From: Mobula hypostoma
Lineage: Eukaryota
Length of the DNA: 64,000 bases
Direction of reading: 5' to 3'
Assembly: GCF_963921235.1 (NCBI RefSeq)
Contig: NC_086097.1
Span: 132,930,001-132,994,000, forward strand
The position numbers and the translations under genes are program-made. This document shows, piece by piece, positions 12,021-25,194 of this stretch; position 1 is the stretch's first letter; each line of letters starts with the position of its first letter. The notes beneath the pieces are model-generated. The model did no database searches, was not told where the DNA came from, and saw only the letters and a program-made list of their open reading frames with translations.

Positions 12021-14049
12021 GTAAAACAGGGATATTTGAAGATATTTTCAGTTTGTTGGTTTTTGTTGTCCATCCTGTTGGATGCAGCTTTTCACTCGTT
12101 CTATTGTGTTTCTTTGTATTTACTGTGACTAGCCACAAGAAATTGAATCTTAGGGTAGCATATATATACTTTGATAATAAATTTACTTTGAAATGTGATG
12201 AATCACTGGAGAAGGAACAAGGCCTCGAATGCAACGTGCCCCTACATGTCATATTACTGCATCTACTCGAGAGGAGCTGAAGATCACTGTTGTGCATTTC
12301 TGGGTGTGACACAGGGATGTGACACTTACCAATCACAGATGATGCAGTCAATATTAACCCATTTTTAAAATTTATTCTCCCCATGTGGCTGTCGTTAATA
12401 AAACCAACTTGCATTAACCATCTCTAACTGCCCTTGAGAATGTGATGGGTGACCCACTGCTGTACCTCTGATGAAGGCCCTTGCACCTTACTGTTGACAT
12501 GAGAGAATTCCAGGATTTAGACCCAGTGACGTTGAAGGAGCAGCGATGGAGCAGAGGAATATTACTGGGGTGCAGAGCAGGCAAATACGATAGAGGTATA
12601 TAAAAAGCTCCTTTCAAACAGGCAAGTAAATGTGCTGAAAATGGAAGGATATCGGCAATGTGCTGGCAGAAAGAATTGGTTTAGTTGGGCATATAATTAC
12701 TAGTTTAGTTAGCTTACCACAACATCATGTGCTGAAGTACCAGTTCCTTGTTATGTATCGTCCTATGTTCTTAGTTCTATAAGAAGGCTCTTGAAATCCA
12801 TATTCATACCCACCAATCTAATCATTCAATTCCCCACCATCTCATTTGTAAAACATGCTGAAGGTACTCAGCCCATCTTCTCCAGCTGCACCTCCCAAAC
12901 CCATGACTGCCACTCCCAAGATTAGCCATGGCAGTCGGTGCAAAGGAACACTACGTTGTGGCCTTCTCTTCATTTGTCTACCTGCACTGCACTTCCTCTG
13001 TAACTGAAACAGAATATTCTGATTTCTGCTTTCTTTTTGCTACCTCAGTGTAATTTTGTACAGCATCATCAGTATGGATGGCACACAAAATATAAGCTTT
13101 TCACTGTATCTCGCTACCAGTTATCAATGCACTTGTAGATTCCAACTTGCACACCATCGATTTGGAAATAAATCACTGGTCTGTCATCATCATTGGTTCT
13201 AACTCTTCGAACTCTACGGGACTAGAACTATAACAGGTTAGGAAAGCAGATTACCCCCGCCTTCTCAAGTGGATTTAAGAATGGGTGGACTTGCAGTTGT
13301 TACCCAGATCCATACAAATGAAACAAAGTAAAGACCTTCTTGTGATTTTAATGTCCAACATTTGTGCCAGCAAACTTTTGCTTCAAAGAGGTCTCAGTTT
13401 CCATCGTTCTTTGCTTCATGTCTGTTTGACAGTCTTGACCATTTATAACTCAAATATAATCACATAGCGTGTGCTTCTGAACAGAGTCTGACAAATTAGA
13501 TCACACAGCTGCTCATGCAGCAAAGAGAGCTACAACTTGCTTTACAGATTTCTGACCTGCACCATTGAATTAAAGTGATTTCAGACATGGACCTGAGCCA
13601 TCAGCGGTGGTGACAAGGTGTTCTTCCTTACAAAATATGTAGCCTTGTTTCCAGACACCAGAGTTTTATGCAGGTCTGAAATTTTCCCCTTAGAATCCTG
13701 TTGGGAAGTTGATCAGCTAACGTGAATTGCTGTTTGTGTGTGTGCTGTTAGTGGCAGAATCTGCAAAAGGTTGATGAGTACATTGCCCTCTGTAGTTTCA
13801 CCCTGACCAGTTGAGTTCATCCAGTACCTTGTGTGTGTTGCTCAAGACTTCCAGCATATATATTACAAAAAGGGATGGCTTTTCGAAGTAGCCTCCTTCT
13901 ATAACATAACTGTGTTGATATTAGTCGGCTGAAACATGCAGAGTTCAGACCATGGGTTGGGTAGTGGGATTGATCTCAGTTCAATCCTTGCTTGCCATGG
14001 ATATTACGTGCAAGATATCCCTCCTGTACCATCACACTCTATGATTCTG

Positions 14050-14430
14050 TGGCCTCTATTGGTCAGGGTTAACCGTGGAAGTTGTGTCCTAGCTGTCTAG
14101 ATACACAAGCCTGGGCAGTACGATATGGAGAGCAAGCTGTTGTCCATGTAGCAGACTCCCTCTCTTCACACATCTGATGAACCCAAAGGAATGGCAGCAA
14201 CCGGTGCAGTTTGGCACCAGCTGCGTCGCAGGAGTTTGAAGACAGTGTTGAACTCAGTGTAGGACTCCAGCTCCCTCAGGATTTATACCTGAAGGCTTCC
14301 CCATGAGGGGGTATAGCCTAAGGCACAGCAGGTTTGAGATCAGAGTTTTCTTTCTCCTAGATGAGCTGCCAACCACAGCTGATGAGCCCCATTTTCCCAA
14401 AGAGATTGGCTTTAAGGAGCTAGCAACCGC
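14050..14430 (-). mobile_element. Non-autonomous RTE-type retroposon (relative of 6637-7217)
   Basis: Reverse complement shares ctaggagaaagaaaactctgat and ctggtgccaaactg with 6637-7217 but has a different 3' end. Confidence 0.6.
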
Positions 14431-15234
14431 TAGCCAGTCTCTTCCTCATGTACAGAGTAGTTGACAACACAAGGGATTTCAAATGCTGGAAACTAGAGCA
14501 ACACTCAAAACGCTGGAGGAACTCAGCAGGTTAGGCAGCATCTATGGAAGAAAACTTTTAAAGTTGCAATCCTGAAGATCTCAACGGTGTAGTTAGGTCT
14601 ACAATGGGAAGTGAGCACCACCTTCTGATGTATCAAGTTGATTTATCTCTCATTCCCCATTTTGGTTGTGCCTCAAATAAGTGATGTTGGCAGAATTGAC
14701 CTCCCTCACACCTTCCTCCATCACAGATGACCCACAACTCTTTAGCTTTGTTGGCACAATCTCTTCTTGCCTCTAGATACCAGCTAGGAAATAAAGTGGA
14801 AATAATTTTTCCCAATAAACGTTATGACTAATTTGTGTTTCTGTCAAAGACAAATAAAACTGATTGTAAATGAGCCATACTGCAGAAGATTTCATTCTTT
14901 TGTGCGTTAATCATTTCCAACACTAAACTCCAGGCACTTGTTCCGGTTTTGTTGCATTTGATATTTTTACAAAGTAACACAAACAAATTTGAGAAATCAT
15001 TGGTTATTTGAAACTCAGCATGTTCTTCTTTTCTGGAGCTGAGCAAGACATGATTACTTTGTGATTTAATTGCTTGAAAGTCTGAGTAATTATTTACTTT
15101 CCACTTCAGTTCTACAGCTGGAAGCTTTCCTGCAAGCATAGAAAATTCTAGAGAATTATCACACTCCCCACCCCACCCCCCCAATTCTCTGTTGCATCTT
15201 TCTCTCTGCGGAAGGCAGCATTTGAGATGACTAG

Positions 15235-15832
15235 AATGTAAGAAACAGGATGTATTGCTGAGGCTTCACAGGGCATTGGTCAGATCACATTTGTAGTATT
15301 GTGAGTAGTTTTGGGCCCCTTGTCTAAGAAAAGACGTACTGGCTTTGCAGAGGGTCATAAGAATGATTCCAAGAATGAAAAGGTTAATGAATGGGGAGCA
15401 TTTGGTTGCTCTAGGCCTCTACTCACTGAAGTTTAGAAGAATAATGGATATCTTATTAAAATCTATCAAATATTGAAAGGCCTAGATAGAGAGGACATGT
15501 AGAGGATATTTTTCTATAATGGAAGAGTCTAGGACTAGAGGGCACAGCCTCAGAATAGAGAGCTATCCTTTAGAACAGAGATGAGGATGAATTTATTTAG
15601 CCAGAGAGTGGTGAATCTGTGAAATTCATTGCCACAAATGACTGTGGAGGCCAAGGCGCTGAGTATATTTAAAATAGAAGTCGATAGGTTCTTGATTAGT
15701 GAGGATATCAAAGGTTACAGGAAGAAGGCAAGAGAATGGGTTTGAGGGGATAATAAATCAGCAATGATAGAATGATGAAGCAGACTTGATGGGCCAAATG
15801 GCCTCATTCTCCTGTGTCCTATGGTCTTATGC
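15235..15832 (+). mobile_element. CR1 3' fragment
   Basis: Homologous to 8080-8625 (gggcacagcctcagaatagag, tttagccagagagtggtgaatctgt, ggccaaatggcct). Confidence 0.85.
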
Positions 15833-15859
15833 TATCTTATGACAAAGCGCAAGAGCTGA

Positions 15860-16240
15860 CAGATGGATCCAGGTGGAGACAGGAGAGGAAAGTGGGAGTG
15901 GTGACAGAAGATTGGAGGTGATAGGTGAAAGCAGTGACTCCCTCACTGCAGGAAACATCCTCTCTATCTAAGCCTTTAATGTTTGGCAGATGGAAGAGGG
16001 AAGAGTGGGATGGTGACAGGAAAGTGGGAGTAGTTGCAGAAGCTAGGAGGTAATGGGTGGATCCAGGTGAGGAGAGGCAATAGGCAGATGGAGGAGGGGA
16101 AAGTGGGAATGGTGACAGCTGGGTGATGATGGGTGGATCCAGGTGAGGAGGGGTGATAGGCAGATGGAGGAGGGGAGAGTGGGAATGGTGACAGAAGCTG
16201 GGAGGTGATGGGTGGATGCAGGTGAGGAGTGGTGATAGGC
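15860..16240. repeat. ~80-bp purine-rich tandem array (4-5 degenerate units), Penelope UTR-like
   Basis: Recurring gatgggtggatccaggtgaggag...taggcagatggaggagggga.agtgggaatggtgacagaagctgggaggt; interrupted by a short CR1 piece at about 15930-15985. Confidence 0.75.
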
Positions 16241-16884
16241 ATGTTATGTATGCACAGAGCAAGACCAACAATAGAAATTCCTCCTCATCTCTTCAAAAGG
16301 GACACCATTCTACTCTGAGGCTGTGCCCTATGGTCCTTCTCCCGTAACCTTGGACACCCTGACTAATCAAGAACCTATCAACCTCTGCTTTAAATATACC
16401 CAATGAGCTGGCCACAGTCATCTCTGCTGATGAATCCACTAATACACCCCACCTTCTGGCTCAGGAGATTCCTCCTCATCTCTATTCTAAAGGAACATTC
16501 CTATAATCTGAGGCTGTGCTCTCTGGTCCTAGGCTCCCTCACTGCGGGAAACATCCTCTCTACGTCCACTCTATCTAAGACTTTAATGTTTGTTAGGTTT
16601 CAGTGAGATTCCCTCCTCAGTCTTTTGAACTCCAGCAAGTACAGGCCCAGAGCCATCAAATGCTCCTTTCATTCTTTCACTAACTCTTTCACTCCCAGCA
16701 TTATTCAAAGTTTGAAGTAAATTTATTATCAAGGTAATATATGTCACCATATACAAACCTGCAATTTATTTTTCTTGCGGGCAGACTTAATAAATCCAAT
16801 AACCATAATTGAATCAGTGAAAGACAGCAGCAGCAGCACGGCAGACAAACAGTGCAAATACAGAAAGAACGAAAGAAAGTTATG

Positions 16885-17670
16885 ATTTCAATGGTACATT
16901 TAATGTCAAAGAAATGTGTACAATATACATCCTAAAATTCTTTTTCTTCGCAACCATCCACAAAATGACAGCTAGATGTTAGAACCCCAAAGTACCCCCA
17001 GCTCCCCTCCCACGCATAAGCAGCAGCAAAGCAATAACCCACCCCACCAGCAAAAAAGTATCTGCACCCCCCCCCACTGAACACTCAAGCGTGCAGCAAA
17101 GCATCAATAAAGACACAGGCTTGCAGTACCCCAAGGACTACTCGTTCACCCAGTAATTCAACATACCACAGGCTCTCCCTCTCTCCCTAATAAGGGAAAA
17201 AGGGATGTCCCCATTTCACAGTGAGCGGGGAGACATAATGAACAACTCGCTGATTTATTTTGTTAGAAGTCCGTTGGGTCACTTTTACTGAGCTCTGTGC
17301 CCAAAGAACCCAGGTCTCTGGGCGCACAGCCAGCTCGCTGCTTTCGATCTTCTTTGTACTCCCACGACACATCAGATTCCTGCAGAGGCACTGACCTCAA
17401 GTCTGCCTGCCTCCAGAGCCATGACATCCTGAAACTCTGATGGCACGCTGGCCTTCTCGGCCACATCCTTGGTATATCGAATAGCAGCCGGTTGTAAGGC
17501 CCTGGGAGCGGGTTCCATTCCCGCAAAGAACCAAAGTCAGTGTGTAACTCCAGGTCAGGGTCTTCAAAAGAACCCTGAAAGGAAAAAATAGAGATGGTAA
17601 AGATAGAAATAGAACTGTTTCAGAAGATGCAAACAAAGGAGTTGCCGTTAGGTGCCATTGTCTCCTAAGC
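16885..17670 (-). mobile_element. ~780-bp non-autonomous retroposon
   Basis: Reverse complement of 17510-17660 matches 56330-56480; 3' end matches 56990-57070. Confidence 0.75.
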
Positions 17671-17868
17671 TTATTTATTATTAATGATAATAAATAATCA
17701 AAAACATGAGATTAAGAGTCCTTGAATGTGAATCCATGGATAGCAAGAACAATTCAGCGATGGGGCAAGTGAAGTTGAGTGAAGTCGACATCCCTTTCTC
17801 CTTAATTATGTTGACAAAGTTCCTTCTAATTGAATCTTCCTTTAGGCATCTTCAGTCGAAGGAGAATA

Positions 17869-20800
17869 ATCCCCGTCTCTTCTAAACTTCTGTTTTCTTG
17901 AAATAGCAGATGGCCATTAGAGTCAACCAGATTAAGAGACATACAAGAGCCAGATTGTGGCAGGTTAACATGGCAAAATTTTTTGCTGAGGAAAATTAAT
18001 GAATCAGACAGGTTTCAAATACTCAGCTGGCACCTAGACAAGCCTTAGGTCCGGATTCATATGATTATGATTAATTCCCCAGTTTCTATGATGGGCTTGA
18101 ACTTCGTTTCATAATCAATAGCCCAGAAATGTCAACAGCTAGTTTAATAGCTTAACCACTGCACTGCCATTCACCAGCAGCATTGGCTTTGCAGTATCCC
18201 TCTTGTTACAGGCTTATTAGTGAATTGTTCTGCTCGGAATACAGAATGAATAAAGAAATTACTTAATCCTGAAATTTAAATCTCAAAATCAGATATCATA
18301 CAAAGATACAGTATGTTATATGCAAGCATAGTCTTACTTAATCTTTACTGGTTAGATGCTATCTCATACAATTACAATGGAACACACTGAAGCATTAGAT
18401 AATGAATATCAAATCATAACTTCAGTCACAGAGCAATATGTTAAACACCGCAATTGCCAAATCTCTTCGATAAAATAGGCTTAAAGCCTTTCCTGGAAAG
18501 GATTGGGGGATTTTCAATCCAACTTATCAATATTCAAACCAAATCTATCTTCATCTGCCATTGATTAATGATTAATATATGTGGCATTAATGATTAATAT
18601 ATGTGGCATTGATTGTATATCCCATAATAAGCCTGAATGAGGAAATAGTTAAAAGTGAACCTCATTGGTGTGTTAGGAGTCCAAAGGTGGTCATATCAGG
18701 TAAAGACAGCAAATTTCCCCAAAGGATAACAGTGAATTAGATGGACTCTTATACCCATCTACTTTAATCTATTGAACTAGAAGCTGCAAATTCTGGGCTA
18801 CTGATCAAGGCATGTTGTTCAAACCCCCTGGAAGCAGAGGAATCTAATTCATAATCAAGTAAATCTGGAATTAAGGTTTGCCAATGGAGCAGCTGGGTCT
18901 TTGAAACCTGTATGATTTATTAAAGTTCTTCAGGACAGTAATCTACCATGTTTACCTGCCCCAGTATTGCTTTTATGTGACTCCAAATCTGTGCTTGTAT
19001 CTACTTACTGAGGGTAGATACAAAAGCTTGGGGACACAGACCACCAGCTTCTATCCTGCTGTTGCCAGATACTTGAACAATCTTCTTATACAATAAGATG
19101 AACTCTTCATCTTTCAATCTAGCTCAGAGTGGGGCTTGCCCTTTATTTATCCACCTGCACTTCACTTTCTCTGTCACTGTAATGCCATATTCTATTTTTC
19201 CCCTTTTGTACCACCATGATGTTCTTTAGTGAAAGCATCATCCGTGAAGTAAAACCATGTGAGCAGATACTGTTGTCCGCAACTGTGTTCTGCATACTGC
19301 AGCTGGACTACTAAACTGGGTCTATTTTAAATCCCCGTCTCTTCTAAATTTCTGGTTTCTTGGAATAGCAGATAGCCATTATCCTTTGTATAATTACAAT
19401 AGTTCTTCATCTCAAGGATATTAAGTTGAGCCTATTGTCATGTGCACAAATATGGTGAGATAGAGGTACAATCAGAAACTTGTTTGGAGCAACATCACAG
19501 ACACATAGATTTAGGCAAAAATACAACCTAAATATACATAAATTATACAAGATAGTGAAGAGAAAAAGACACATGTACAAAAACACACGCAATCAGAAAC
19601 AAATCCATCTTAGTGCAAGAGGTAGTCATTAGTGTTTCATTGCTAGGGTAGGGTTAGAGTTGTGCAAGTTGGTTCAGGAGCTGAATGGTTGTAGAAAAGT
19701 AACTGTTCCTGAACCTGGTGCCCTAGGACTTCAGACCTCTGTATTGCCGCCCAAGAATAGCAGTGAAAGGAGGGCATGACCTGGATAGTGCGAACTCTTA
19801 ATGATAGTTGGTGCCTATCGTGAGTGATGGGGCTCTTATAGGTGCTGTCAATGCCGGGGTAGGCTCAGCCCCTGCTGGACAGGCTGTGTTCATAACTCTT
19901 TGGAGCCTCCTGTATTACTGTGCATTGGAATTGCTGTACCAGGCCACGATATAACAAGTTAGGACACTTTCAACAGTTCACCTGTAGCAGCTTGTTAGAG
20001 TGTTTAGTGACACACCAATTCACCTTAAACTTCTTAGGAAATAGAGGTCCTTCCTGACTGGGGTACCTGAGCTAGACCCAATATCCCACAACTACCACTA
20101 GTTCATTTGTTGATGGAAGGGCTTTGTGATGAAGGACTCAAAGAGATTTAGGTTACACTTTTCTCATATTTACTCATAGGATCAGGCATTGTCATTGTGA
20201 ATCTCTGATCAGAGGAGACACTTCAGAGTGAACTAGATTAAGAGACATACAAAAGCCAGACTGGGGTAGGTTAACATTTCAAAATTCTTTCCTGAGGAAA
20301 ATTAATGAATCAGACAGGTTTCAAAAACTCAGCTGGCACCTAGACAAGCCTTAAGTCCAGAATCATTTGATTTCCCAGTTTCTATGATGGGCTTGAACTT
20401 CTGTTTCATGATCAATAGTCCAGAAATGTCAGCTGCTAGTTCAATAGTTTAACCACTACACTGCCATCCACCAGCGGCATTGGCTTCACTGTACACTCCT
20501 GTTTGAAGCTTGTTAGTGAATTGTTCTACTCAGAGTACAGAATGAATAAAAAAGTTAATTAATCCTGAAATTTAAATCTCAAAATCAGATATCATACAAA
20601 GATACAGTATATTATATGCAAGTATAGTCTTACTTAATCTGTACTGGTTAGGTGCTATCTCATACAATTACAATGGAACACACTGAAGCATTAGATAATG
20701 AATATAAAATTATAACTTCAGTTGCAGAGCGATATGTCAAACACCGCAATTGCCAAATCACTCTGATAAAATAGGCTTAAAGCCCTTCCTGGAAAGGATT

Positions 20801-21585
20801 GTTGGATTTTCAATATAGTTTTCCAATATTCAAACCAAATCCATCTTCATCTTGACATTATTTCTCTACAATTAATATATATGGCATTGATTGTATATCC
20901 CATAATGTCTGAATGAGGAAATGGTTAAAAGTGAATCTCATTGGTGTGTTAGGAGTCTCAAGGTGGTCATATCAGGTAAAAACAGCAGCTTTCCCCACAG
21001 GATAACAGTGAACTAGATGGACTCTTATACCCATCTATTTTAAGCTATTGAAATAGCAGCTTCATATTCTAGGCTACTGATCAAGGCACGTTGTTCAAAC
21101 CCCCATGGAACCAGAGGAATCTAATTCATAATCAAATAAATCTGGAATTAAACTTTGTCATGGGGGCAGCTAGGTCTTTGAAACCTGTATGATTCATTAA
21201 AGTTCTCTAGGAAAGAAATCTACCATTTTTACCTGCCCCAGTCTTGCTTTCAAGTGACTCCTAATCTGTTTTTGTATCTGCTTACTGAGGGTAGACACAA
21301 AAGCTTGATAACACAGACCACCAGCTTCTATCTTGCTGTTGTCAGATACTTGAACAATCTTCTTATACAATAAAGATGAACTCCTCATCTTTCAATCTAC
21401 CTCATTGTGGGCCTTGCACTTTATTTGTCTACCTGTACTTCACTTTCTCTGTCACTGTAATGCTATATTCTATTTTTCCCCTTTTGTACCACCATGATGT
21501 TCTTTAGTGAAAGCATCATCTGTGAAGTAAAATGATGTGAGCAGATACTGTTGTCCACAACTGTGTTCTGCATATTGCAGTTGGA
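17869..21585 (+). repeat. Tandem duplication of a ~1.45-kb unit
   Basis: Copy 1 about 17869-19305; copy 2 is 19331-19381 plus about 20226-21585. Long shared strings include gaggaaaattaatgaatcagacaggtttcaaa, ttaatcctgaaatttaaatctcaaaatcagatatcatacaaagatacagtat and gagcagatactgttgtcc. Confidence 0.92.
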
Positions 21586-21834
21586 ACTGCAGAGCCCTTG
21601 TTCTGGCATATAGTTGAACAGCTTCTCATTAGGTCTGAAGAGTAGCTACTCCCTTGCCTGAAACTTGTTGAAGTGAGGTGGCATTGGGAAGGAGGTACAG
21701 GAACCTTAGGCCCCAAACCACCAGGTTCAGGAACAGTTATTACTCTTCAAACATTACGCTTCTAAACCAACATGGACAACTTCATTCATCCCAACATTGA
21801 ACTGATTCCACAACCTATGGATTCACTTTCAAGG

Positions 21835-22150
21835 ACAAAAGGGCACAGCCTCAGGATAGAGTGGCACCCTTTCAGAACAGAGATGCAGAGGAATTTCTTT
21901 AGGCAAAGGGTGATGAATTTCTGGAATTTGTTGCCACATGCAGCCATGGAGGCCAGCTCGTTGGGTGTATTTAAGGCGGAGATTGATAGGTTCTTGATTG
22001 GACATGACATCAAAGGTTACAGGAAGAAGGCTGGGAACTGGGGTTGAGGAGGAGAAAAAAAAAAGGATCAGCCATGATTGAGTGGCGGAGCAGACTCTAT
22101 GGGTCAGATGGCCTAATTCTGCTTCTATGTCTGATGGTCTTATGGTCTAA
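21835..22150 (+). mobile_element. CR1 3' fragment inserted in a Rex1 tail
   Basis: RTKGHSL..RNFFRQRVMNFWNLLP..FKAEIDRFL; tail tggtcttatggtct. Confidence 0.8.
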
Positions 22151-22599
22151 TAGTCTTATGGACTCTACAACTCATATTCTGAATATTACTTATTACTTTT
22201 TTTGTATTTGTTCCATTTGTCTTCTTTTGCACAAAGGTTGTTTGTCCTGCTTTGTGTGTAATTTTTATTGATCTTATTGTGTTTCTTTGCATGTACTGTG
22301 AATACCAACAAGTAAATAAATCTCAGGGTAGTATATGGTGACATGTACGTATTTGAATAATAAATTTAATTTGAACTTAGAACGTTGCAACAAGAAATAT
22401 TCAGAAAGGTGCTGTAGAAATGGCAAAGCCCTGTTTGACACCATTCTACTATTGAAGATTAATTAGTCAAAAACAATACTGCAGTTTAATTAGTTAGACT
22501 CACTCTCCTTTGCTATGTTCTCTTGAGCAAACCAAGCCAAACTCAACGCAAGTTACTCTGACTCAACATCCTGATTCACCATCCTCTCCACTCACCACC

Positions 22600-23297
22600 A
22601 ACACATGGTGCAGAACTGGGAAAAAAAAAACTCCCTGCAAGAGGACGTACAAGTCAATTGGGTGGTAAAGAAGGCGTTTGGCATGCATGTTTTCCTTAAG
22701 CATGAAATTGACTTTGAATCAGGAAGCTGCAGTATATGCAGCTTGATAAAACTTTGAATAAGCCACATCTGGAGGTTCATATTCAATTCCGTTTGTCCCT
22801 TTGTAGGAAGGATGTGAAATCTACAGAGAGGATGCAGAAAAGGTTGACCAGGATGCTGTCTGAAATAAAGATTATTTCCTATAAGGGGAGGATGGGCAAA
22901 ATGAGGTGGTTTTCTCTGGAGTGGCATAGACTGTGTGGAGACCTGAAAGAAGTGTATAAAAACATGAGAGTTATTGAGTGGACAGTTGGTATCTCTTTCT
23001 GAGGTCAAAATGTCTATTACTAGAGGACATGCATTTAAGGAGATGGGGGATAGTTCAAAGGAGATGTGCAGGCAGATGTTGCTTTTTATGCAGTCACTGG
23101 AATTGGCAGCCACAGGTGGTGGTGGATGCATATACAATAAAAGCATTTAAAAGGCTCTTAGGTAGACACATGAATATTCAGGAAATGGAGGGATATGAAT
23201 CATGTGCAGGTAGAAGTGATTAGGTGTCATTAGCTTAATTAGTTGGAACAACATTGTGAGCTGAAGGACCATTCCTGTGCTGTGTTCTATGTTCTAC
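22600..23297 (+). mobile_element. CR1 3' fragment
   Basis: KTLNKPHLE..ERMQKRLTRML..FSLEWHRLCGDL; tail ctgtgttctatgttcta. Confidence 0.8.
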
Positions 23298-24871
23298 TTT
23301 TAAGGGGTTAAGTTGGGAGTCACATAACAACATCTCATCAAGATATTACAAACATCCTCCTATAAATATAAATCTCTGATCTTAGTTTCATACACATTCT
23401 CTACCCAGTGGAAAAAGTGGTTTCTCTTCGAAGTGTCCAGGAATTGTGGCTGGAGTAAATAAAGCCAATTTATCTGCACCCCTGCTTTCTGAAGTCCTGG
23501 CCTCCACATGGATACATCACTTGTTGTCATGGAAACCTGAAGTACAGGTGGAGTTTGTGAAGGCTGGCTTCCGTAATGGCTAGGCTGCATTCACAACTCT
23601 CTGCAGTTTCTTGTGATCTTGTGGAGAGCAGTTACTATACCAAGCTGTAATGCATCCAGTTAGGATGTTTCCTATGGTGCATCTATAAAAGTTAGTGAGA
23701 GTCATCAGGACATGCTGAATTTCATTAGCCTTCTCAGGAAATAGAGCCATAGTTGTGCTTTATGAACCGGAGATATGAATGCATTCATATCATCACTAAT
23801 ATCCTACAAGAAGCACATGTGGACTACTCCAGCTAGTGCCGCTGAGTCAGTTAATACCTGTTCCCTTTTGCAGGTCAACTTTCCTACCTAATTCCCAGAG
23901 TTTTGACTCCCTGGATTCTAAAATTCCATCAATTTTATCTTTCATTATACTCAACAAAGGGACATTCAGAGTTTTCTGAGGAAGAAAATTCTGAACATTA
24001 GGGTTGGGTGTAGGAGTCCGAAATGCAGGTCTAATTTCAAGTTAGTTTAATGTTATGTCTTATAACTTCAACACATTAAACTAACTCAAAGTTAGACATG
24101 CATATTGGACTCCTGTGTCTTCTTTTGAATTAGTTTAATGTTTTGGAGTTATAAAACTTAACAACTAGCACTCCAGACAAAGAAATGCTTTCTCAGCCCA
24201 GCCCTTAATGGTCACTTTCTAACAAAAACTGTGAATTTGCCCTGCATCAACTCTTATTCTCTGCTCTTGTAATCTAACTATACAATAGTGTTGTATTTTA
24301 AGGGAATGTATCAATGTAAAAGTTTGATAAGTCACTAATATTCTGTGCTTTCAGGCTTCTACTTCTCTCCTTTCTTAAGAAAATCTAACAAAAACTGCAC
24401 ATCTAAAATCAGAGCTAAAAATTCTGAGAAGACTCCGCATGTGTGAAGGAGAAATAGAGTTTCCCTTTAGCAATATTCTTCAATCTGAAACATTAACTCT
24501 GTTTCTCTCTCCACGGAAGCAATATTAATGAGAACATTTAAAAGACCTCTCACTGAGTACTTGGAGAGGAAAGGTTGAGAGGGATATGGGCCAAATGCAG
24601 GCAAATGAAACTTGATTGGTAGGCATAGATGAGTTCAGATGAAAGACCTATTTCTATGCTGTTCTACTCTGTGCTGCCTGACCAACTGAGTGCTACTAGC
24701 AACTTTTATTTACCTCCAGCAATCAAAATCAATCAGTTCCTGTAACCTGCCCTTTAATCAAATGGGCAAGTCCCTCAGAAGTTGCTATTAGACTTGATGG
24801 CTCTCTCTGTCATTCAGTCAGTATGCATCACTGCAGCACTGAGGCTGGACTTAGTCGGTTCTATTCGGCAG

Positions 24872-25190
24872 TGATGTACTGTCAATAACTCCAAAAGACT
24901 GGAAGTAGAGTAAATACTGAAAGGCTTTTATTAGCAGTAAAATGTGACCTCCACCATGTTGAGTATCTGCCCCTGGACTGAGAGGAGGAGCAATGGCACA
25001 ATCGCCTTTATTCAGGGATCTGTGGGAGGAGCCACAGGAGCAGTCAGCAGAGGGGCATGTCCAGACAGGTAACCCAGTTACAACATATATATATGGTTTA
25101 CCACATTCACCCCTCCTTTATTTAAAAAAGAGTCCCGCGGGGTGAAGTGACTGACAATATTTAAAACAAGTATATTTACAGGTCAAGTCA
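24872..25190 (-). mobile_element. Gypsy-type 3' LTR (24872-25105) with polypurine tract and short internal remnant
   Basis: Minus strand: PPT aaaggaggggtgaa directly followed by TGTGGTAAACC...AATAAA...gtacatCA. Confidence 0.7.
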
Positions 25191-25194
25191 ATAT

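Noticed and set aside
14828..15184. 118-aa minus-strand ORF in unique AT-rich DNA
   Set aside because: Non-ATG start, no recognisable motif or splice context; may be a non-coding element but I cannot support that.
15837..16271. 144-aa Pro/Ser-rich ORF
   Set aside because: Translation of the 80-bp tandem array.
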